Part shown: in pieces, positions 58,026 through 64,000 of the stretch
How the letters are laid out: each line of letters opens with the position of its first letter
How positions within the stretch are numbered: the stretch's first letter is position 1
Assembly (NCBI GenBank): GCA_965220745.1
Contig: CBDCQT010000013.1
Location: forward strand, 672,001 to 736,000
Length of the DNA stretch: 64,000 bases
DNA from: Alphaproteobacteria bacterium
Lineage (GTDB): Bacteria; Pseudomonadota; Alphaproteobacteria; UBA828
Direction: 5' to 3'
Translations under genes and position numbers: made by a program
Notes under the pieces: model-generated
The model's input: only the letters and a program-made list of their open reading frames with translations
Told to the model about the DNA's origin: nothing
Database searches by the model: none

Positions 58026-58924
58026 CCGAGTTCCACGAGTTCATGGTGGCGATCCTGCGCTCCGGCACGCCGCTGGTCTACGTCACCATGGCGGGCGTCA
58101 TCGCCCAGCGCGCCGGCGTCTGGCACCTCGGCCTCGAAGGCGTGATGATCGTTGGTGCCTGCGCGACGATCCTCGGCATCGTGCTTACCGGCTCGTTTGC
58201 GGCCGCCATCGTCATCGCCTGCGTGCTCTGTGTTGCCGCTTCGGTCCTGCTCTGGTTCGTGATCGAGAAGCTGGGCGCCAACCCCATCATTGCGGGACTC
58301 GGCCTCACGGGGCTCGGAATCGGCGGGACAGCGCTCGCCGTCCAGGCGCTCTTCGGCAGCCTCGCCGCCGTGACCGCACCCTTCGGCGTGCCCAGGCTGG
58401 GCGCCGCTTTCGGCCCCTACGGCGCGCTCTCGATCTTTGTGCTGATGATGCCCTTCGTCGTCTGGAGCATGTGGGTGCTGCTCTGCCGCACGCGCTTCGG
58501 CCTGCGGCTGGCCGCTGCCGGAGAGCACCCGCTGGCGGCGCGCAGCGTCGGCACCGATCCGGCCCGTGTCAGGCTCATCGCGCTCGCCGCAGGCGGGGTT
58601 CTCTGCGCCATCGGCGGCGCTGAGCTCGCAGCCGGCGGCCTCACCATCTTCGCTCAGAACATGACCGCCGGGCGCGGCTTCATGAGCTTCGCCGCCGTCA
58701 TCTTCGGCGCGGGCCACCCCATCGCGGCCGCCTTCGCCGCGATGTTCTTCAGCCTGGTGGGGGTCGCGGGAATCAGGCTGCAGCTCCTGTTCGGCGCGAG
58801 CATCCCGCACGACGTGCTGCTCTCGCTGCCCTATCTGGCGACGATCCTCGGCGTCTGGATCAGCGGCCGTATGCGCGGCGGCGCCAAGGCCGCCACCGAG
58901 GCCTCGGAGCTGCGCGATTACTAG
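58022..58924 (+). CDS. ABC transporter permease
   Basis: QRAGVWHLGLEGVM, TRFGLRLAAAGEHP, MTAGRGFMSFAAVIFG. Confidence 0.9.
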   Translation: MTEFHEFMVAILRSGTPLVYVTMAGVIAQRAGVWHLGLEGVMIVGACATILGIVLTGSFAAAIVIACVLCVAASVLLWFVIEKLGANPIIAGLGLTGLGIGGTALAVQALFGSLAAVTAPFGVPRLGAAFGPYGALSIFVLMMPFVVWSMWVLLCRTRFGLRLAAAGEHPLAARSVGTDPARVRLIALAAGGVLCAIGGAELAAGGLTIFAQNMTAGRGFMSFAAVIFGAGHPIAAAFAAMFFSLVGVAGIRLQLLFGASIPHDVLLSLPYLATILGVWISGRMRGGAKAATEASELRDY

Positions 58925-58959
58925 CGAGTGGGATCATTTGCCCGTAGCCAGACGAGGGG

Positions 58960-59260
58960 CGTGCGCACTGCACGACAGAGCGGCAAGTGATGCGAAAGCG
59001 TGCGGCCAAGGATCGACGGCGCAGGGAACACGTAGGCGCTCTCCGAGCGTGGCTGCCTCCCGAGAATGGCGCGTGCTGGCGCATTGAGAATGACCCGCCT
59101 CGGTCCGGACTTGGCGTCGACGAGACTGAGCGTGTCGCTGCCCACATCCTGCCAGCACAGGGCTACGGATTCGGTCTTCCGGTAGCCGGTCAGCAACAGA
59201 AGGAGGATGAAATCTGCCTGCCGCGCGCGACGGTCGCGCGTCATCGTGGTGATCCAGCAT
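58960..59260 (-). pseudogene. Tyrosine integrase remnant (middle of catalytic domain)
   Basis: QADFILLLLLTGYRKTE..LCWQDV...DAKSGPRRVILN..YVFP. Confidence 0.75.
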
Positions 59261-59550
59261 CCCATGGAGTCGACACACCTCCTCGCGCGAAAGTAAGCGG
59301 GTGAGCGTGGCACCGGGTGGACGTGGGGACCTGACCGCGCTGCCGCCCCCCCTGCCGTGCCTCCGCCCCGCGACCGGCGATAGCCGGCGCCGGCCGACGC
59401 TGTCGATCCTCCCGCAGCCCGCGGGTCGGAGAGGTTCACCAAGACCCTCTTGGCCCGCACGACGACGATTCGGGCGAGGATGGTCGGAGGCGGCAGCGAA
59501 AGAAGCGGGGCATCCGGTGCTACCGAAGCACGAGCGCGGCCAGACTTCCT

Positions 59551-62500
59551 CTACAGTTCCAGCTCGAGCTCGTACTCGTAGGTCTTCTCGCGCTTCGGCC
59601 GCGCAGGCGGAGCAGGCCGTCGATCGGCCGGGGCGGGGTCGCCGACATCGGCGCGCTCCAACGGCGCAGGTGCCGGCGCACCGCGTTCACGGTCCCGCTG
59701 CGGCACAGACTTGGGCTCTACCGGCTGGCGCGCCGCATCGTCCCTGGCCTTGCCGTCCCTCGCCGGACTGTCCGCCGGCGACGGCGCGATGGCTTCGAGG
59801 GCGGCGATGCGTTCTCCCGTCGCCGCCTCCAGGCGCTCGCGCAGTGCGCGGCGGTCGTCGGTCACCAGCTCGGCATGAAGGCGGGCACGGCTGATCTCCA
59901 CGTAGAAGGTTTTTTGGGTGGTCAGATGGGCGTGCTCCGCTTCCATCGCCGCGATCACCCGGTCCACGGTGCGGCCCTGGAACGCGTGCACCGTCGCTGC
60001 CCAGGCCCGGTCGATATGGCGCAGCTGGGGATCGTCCCGGCGCAGCGTCAGAGCCCGGCCGTCCTCCAGCCGGAACGAGACGGCTCTCTCGCCGACCGCC
60101 GACACCTCCGCCGTGCCGCTGTTCACCAGCCCGTGCCTCCTGTCGTTGCGGGTCCAGCACACCCGGTCGCCGCGGCGAAGCTCCATGGCATCCACGGCGT
60201 AGACCTCCACCCCGCCGCGCCGCGCCGCCAGCCTGGCGGGTTCCCAGGCGACGGTAGCGCCATGCTTGCCTTGCAGCGTCACCACGCCTGCGGCGCGGTC
60301 GACAGCTGCGACGCTGATCTCGTCGCCCTTGTCGACCCCGAGACGCTTGTAGCGGCGGTGGAAGGCCACGACATCGCCCGGGACATAGTTCGCGGCAAGC
60401 GACTTCTCGGCATTGGTATAGCCGCGCGAGACGAGCCTCTCGCCATCGATCGCAGGCCCATCGATGACGCCGTCGCGGACCAGGCGCTCGCGGACGATGG
60501 TGTTGGTCTTCTCTCTCAGCGCGTGGCTGGGGGCCATCAGCCCCGTGACCTCCCGCTCTCCGGGCGAGAGCGCAAGCCAGCGCGCGGCGGCAGCGCCCGC
60601 AAGATTGTCCGCCTTCACCTCCGCGACGTTGTCGCCGAGTTTTCGGAAGGCCCGGTGAATGTCGCCGGCGAGGCTGGCCTCGACGGCCTCCTTCAGCGCC
60701 GGCTCGCGCTGGCGCACGATCTCATCCATCACCGCGCACGTCATGCCTGCGGTCTGCAGCTGCGCGAAGGGCTTGCCGGCGTCGACGGCATCGAGCTGCT
60801 TCTCGTCACCCACCAGGATCACACGGGGGATGCGGAGCGTGTCGGCGATCCTGAGAAGGTCGCGGGTCTGCGCGGTGGAGGCGAGGGAGCCCTCGTCCAC
60901 CACCAGCACGGTCTTGCGGAACCGTGCCTTCATGGCCCGCTCGCCCCTGCGGGAGAGCCGATCCTCGGCAACGCCCGCGTTGCGGGCGAGGAAGCCCTGC
61001 AGGGTCTCGCTGGCAATGCCGGCCTCCGCATCGAGAGTGCGCGCCGCAGAGGCCGACGGCGCCAGGCCCCTGACCTCGAAGCCGCGCTTCTCCAGCAGAG
61101 CCCGCGCCCTGTTCAGCATGGTGGTCTTGCCGGTGCCGGCATAGCCCTGCACGCCCACGACGCGATCGTTGTGGGACAGGATCACCTTCACCGCCTCCTT
61201 CTGCCCGGTCGTAAGGGGGCCGTTGCGGAGCGCCTTGTCGACGGCGCGCCCGCGCATGGGAGCAGCACCCCGCCCCTGTCCGCGTTCCATCAGCGCTATG
61301 GTCTCGCGTTCGTCGGCGACAGTCCTGTCGGTGGTGAGCGAATCCCCCGGCACGGGGTAGTCCGCAGCCAGCAGGGTGCCGGCCTTCTCCAGCCGCGTGA
61401 CGGCGGCCTCAGCCTCGCCGATGCTCACCTTGCCGGGATTCCAGGCGAGAGTCGAGGTGAGGAGATCGGTTCGCGAGAATACCGCCTCTCTCTCGGAGAG
61501 GTGCGCCACGGCCCAGGCGGCCGCCCGGTCCACTTCCGCCGTCGTACCAGGCTCCGCCTCCCGGTGCTGGCCTGCACGGGCGAGGGGTCGGTCTCCGTAG
61601 GCCGCCTGCCGGTGCCGGGCCTCGTTCACGAACTCACTTGCGTCGAAGCCCAGTTCCGAGGCCTGCCTCTGCCAGCTCTCGCGCAGGGCGTCCCTGTCCA
61701 CCTCGCGCTTGTGGGCGCGGGTCATGAGCGCCGCGCGCGCCGCCAGATGGGGGTTGCTTCCGGGATCGCCCTGGCTGCGAGCGTCCATCGCCGCCTCGAT
61801 CTCGGCGCGCCTGGTGGAAAAGGCCTCGACGATGGACCGCGATACGGGGGACCGCCCTGGTGCACCCGCGATCTCGAACCGCCCGTCCGCGTGGGTCTTC
61901 TCGATGCCGTAGCCGAGCTCCTCCAGGCCTCTCGCCAGCTCGGCGCGGTAGAGCGCGCCGATCAGCATCTTGGACGCATAGAGCTTCTCGTTGGCCATGG
62001 TGCGCCACTTCGCGGAACGGGGCGTTTCCCCGGACCGGGGCGTTCCCCCGTCCTGACCCTGCACCATGTTGGCGATCACCGCGTGCGTGTGGAGCTGTGG
62101 GTCGAGGTTGCGCGAGACCTCGTGGCGGAAGGTGGCGATCACCGCCTTCTGGTCTCCGGTGCGCACCATGCGGCCGCTGTCTGCATCCATCGTCCTGGTC
62201 TCGACCGCGTTCTTCTCGATCCAGGCAAGTGTCCTGCGCACGGCGGCGTCATGGGCAGCGACGATGCGTTCGTCGCCGCCGATCAGGGCCGCGATGGATA
62301 CGGACTTGGGCGCGGAGAAGGTGACGTCGCGGCCGGGGCGGTGGTCGATCGTACCGTCCCCCAGCCTGCGGCCGAGCCGGCGGCCCGAGCCGTCGGGGAC
62401 TTCGCCCGCGAGGATGTCGCTGAAGACGTCCGGATCGACCGGCCCGGAGAGCCCCAGAGCGTCCGCGCCCCTGCCCGCCCAGGCGCTGGCCTCCCGGTGG

Positions 62501-62589
62501 GCGTCGTCGTCCTTGGCGTAGTAGCCGTCTCGCTCGTAGTAGGAGACCCCCTGGGCAGGCGAGGCGATGGCGCCGATGGAGGCGACCAT
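59551..62589 (-). CDS. MOBF relaxase-helicase (paralogue 2)
   Basis: MVASIGAI..SYYERDGYY, DVTFSAPKSVS, DPQLHTH, GYAGTGKTT; collinear with 23713-26778. Confidence 0.95.
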   Translation of the reverse strand: MVASIGAIASPAQGVSYYERDGYYAKDDDAHREASAWAGRGADALGLSGPVDPDVFSDILAGEVPDGSGRRLGRRLGDGTIDHRPGRDVTFSAPKSVSIAALIGGDERIVAAHDAAVRRTLAWIEKNAVETRTMDADSGRMVRTGDQKAVIATFRHEVSRNLDPQLHTHAVIANMVQGQDGGTPRSGETPRSAKWRTMANEKLYASKMLIGALYRAELARGLEELGYGIEKTHADGRFEIAGAPGRSPVSRSIVEAFSTRRAEIEAAMDARSQGDPGSNPHLAARAALMTRAHKREVDRDALRESWQRQASELGFDASEFVNEARHRQAAYGDRPLARAGQHREAEPGTTAEVDRAAAWAVAHLSEREAVFSRTDLLTSTLAWNPGKVSIGEAEAAVTRLEKAGTLLAADYPVPGDSLTTDRTVADERETIALMERGQGRGAAPMRGRAVDKALRNGPLTTGQKEAVKVILSHNDRVVGVQGYAGTGKTTMLNRARALLEKRGFEVRGLAPSASAARTLDAEAGIASETLQGFLARNAGVAEDRLSRRGERAMKARFRKTVLVVDEGSLASTAQTRDLLRIADTLRIPRVILVGDEKQLDAVDAGKPFAQLQTAGMTCAVMDEIVRQREPALKEAVEASLAGDIHRAFRKLGDNVAEVKADNLAGAAAARWLALSPGEREVTGLMAPSHALREKTNTIVRERLVRDGVIDGPAIDGERLVSRGYTNAEKSLAANYVPGDVVAFHRRYKRLGVDKGDEISVAAVDRAAGVVTLQGKHGATVAWEPARLAARRGGVEVYAVDAMELRRGDRVCWTRNDRRHGLVNSGTAEVSAVGERAVSFRLEDGRALTLRRDDPQLRHIDRAWAATVHAFQGRTVDRVIAAMEAEHAHLTTQKTFYVEISRARLHAELVTDDRRALRERLEAATGERIAALEAIAPSPADSPARDGKARDDAARQPVEPKSVPQRDRERGAPAPAPLERADVGDPAPADRRPAPPARPKREKTYEYELELEL
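61846..62049. repeat. 18-bp family A units in relaxase 2
   Basis: Single unit at 61846-61863 (APGRSP, absent in relaxase 1); two units at 62014-62049 shared with relaxase 1. Confidence 0.9.
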
Positions 62590-62590
62590 G

Positions 62591-64000
62591 TCAGAACTTG
62601 ACCCAGGGCGGCTGCGTCTTCTTCTCTTCCGCCGGCGTGCCGACTGCCGCCTTCTCCGTGCCTTCGCCCGATGAGGACGCGGCTCCGTTGCCGTCAGGGT
62701 CAGCGCTGGCCGGCCCCTCCGCCGTCTCGGGCGGAGGCTCCGCATTGGGGGTCTCGTCGGATTGCCGCGCGTCCGGCGCCGGCACGGCGCCTTCGCCGGC
62801 CGGGTGTGTCAGTCGAGCCGGCGGTCCGCCGGCGCGGCTCGGATCGCGGCTGTCGTCGGGCCTCGGCACGAAGCGCACCGCGACGATGTCCCGCTTCCGG
62901 TACTTCAGCCTGATCCGTGCGACCGGCGAGGGGCCGGGGAACTTCAGGTAGCCCGACAGGTTCTCAAGACGCGATACCTCCGACGGAAGAACCAGGGGAC
63001 GCTCCTCGCGCCGCGTGCTCAGCGTCACGCCGCCGTGCGCGGTCTCGTAGCTCACGCCCTCCGAGAGGGTCTCGACCTCCACTTTGCCCAGGCTCCCCGC
63101 CGACCACTCGGACGTGTCCTTGTCGGGTGACGCCAACACGACCCGGGTGCCGCACAGCCCCGAGATCGTCTGCGCAAGGTCGCGCCCGTAGAGGTCCCGC
63201 AGGGCGGAGAACACCTGCACGCCGAGCACGAAGCAGCCTCCGAACTGCCGGCTCTCCGAAAGGCCGGGATCGAGGCTCGGGAGCTGGTGCAGGGTCGGCA
63301 GCTCGTCCAGGATCACCCAGATGCGGCGTGAGTCGGAGCGCGACAGCGAGAGCAGCGAGTTGACCGCGATCTCCAGCCAGGTGGAGATCAGCCCCCGCAG
63401 GCTCGCGTGCTGGTCGCCCCGCGACGTGAGAAACAGGCAGCCGCCGCTTCCCTCGCGTTCGATCCACTTCCTGATGGAGAAGGGGTCGCCCTCGTCGGGC
63501 AGCACCTCCATGGCGCCGATGTTGGCAGTCAGCATGGCGCGCACCGAGAGCGCGGTCTTCGGGTTGGCGAGATCGACGATGGACTGGGTCACGGTGCCCT
63601 CCATGGCCTCCGCGAGCTCGCTCAGATCGGTCTTGAGCAGACGGTCCACCAGCACCCGGTTACGTGTCTCTCCCCGCTGCCAGAGCACGGCCGCGCCGTG
63701 AGAGAAGAGCTGGCGTGCGGCGGTGATCCAGAAGGGGTCTGCGGCATCCTTCTGGCGGGGGATCAGCGCTGCCGCCATCGTGTCGAAGTCCAGCGCGGTG
63801 CGGGCCTCGAGGAAGGGCGACCAGCGCGGCGCGCGGTCGTCGAGGGGATTGAGCAGGACGTCCCGGCGCTTGTCGAAGAAGGTTTCGGTATAGCTCCCCA
63901 TCTTGTCGTAGATGACGCAACGCTCGCCCCGGCTGCGGATCTGCTCGACCAGGTCCGAGATGAGCACCGTCTTGCCCGAGCCCGTGGTGCCGGAGACGAT
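62591..64000 (-). CDS. traD: TraD/TrwB coupling protein (paralogue 2, 5' end outside window)
   Basis: IVSGTTGSGKT at the window edge; collinear with 21385-23610. Confidence 0.9.
   Translation of the reverse strand: MVSGTTGSGKTVLISDLVEQIRSRGERCVIYDKMGSYTETFFDKRRDVLLNPLDDRAPRWSPFLEARTALDFDTMAAALIPRQKDAADPFWITAARQLFSHGAAVLWQRGETRNRVLVDRLLKTDLSELAEAMEGTVTQSIVDLANPKTALSVRAMLTANIGAMEVLPDEGDPFSIRKWIEREGSGGCLFLTSRGDQHASLRGLISTWLEIAVNSLLSLSRSDSRRIWVILDELPTLHQLPSLDPGLSESRQFGGCFVLGVQVFSALRDLYGRDLAQTISGLCGTRVVLASPDKDTSEWSAGSLGKVEVETLSEGVSYETAHGGVTLSTRREERPLVLPSEVSRLENLSGYLKFPGPSPVARIRLKYRKRDIVAVRFVPRPDDSRDPSRAGGPPARLTHPAGEGAVPAPDARQSDETPNAEPPPETAEGPASADPDGNGAASSSGEGTEKAAVGTPAEEKKTQPPWVKF

Noticed and set aside
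1-64000. tRNA, rRNA, replication initiator or reverse transcriptase genes
   Set aside because: None recognised by eye; tRNAscan, Rfam and HMM searches would be needed to exclude them.

Overview
High-GC (by eye about 70%) proteobacterial DNA, made almost entirely of two related conjugative elements arranged as mirror images. Element 1 (1 to ~33.8 kb) has the tail of a type IV pilus cluster (two PilV-like minor pilins, a prepilin peptidase-TcpQ fusion) and a Dot/Icm (MPF-I, type IVB) mating-pair cluster (dotD, dotC, dotB, icmT, dotI, dotH, dotG, icmC/icmD-like, icmB/dotO, dotA). These are followed by ssb, a degenerate HD protein, an F-type TraD coupling protein, a MOBF relaxase-helicase, short cargo, an RHH-like gene, an F-like oriT (nic ~29400/29401) and a leading region (DUF2493/SLOG, small ORF, toprim, truncated ssb). 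A central island (33.8-41.9 kb) carries two tandem tyrosine integrases plus a remnant, YecA/SEC-C, a TbpB-like lipoprotein, a multi-CxxC protein and a Phd-PIN toxin-antitoxin pair. Element 2 runs the other way: ssb, toprim, small ORF, DUF2493, oriT (nic ~46862/46863), RHH-like gene, ~12 kb of cargo (PD-(D/E)xK nuclease, ppk2, barbiturase pseudogene, and a RutR-linked operon of UNG-like protein, GMC oxidoreductase, NIPSNAP and BMP nucleoside ABC transporter), then a second MOBF relaxase and TraD. The most striking unexplained signal is a family of 18-bp quasi-palindromic units (consensus about GGGGGAACRCCCCGGTCC). They sit as 1-8 tandem copies, in frame, in either orientation and in different reading frames, at ~18 loci in transfer and leading-region genes. 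Paralogues inside the window show five of them are exact 18- or 36-bp insertions. All family assignments come from motif recognition by eye, not database searches.
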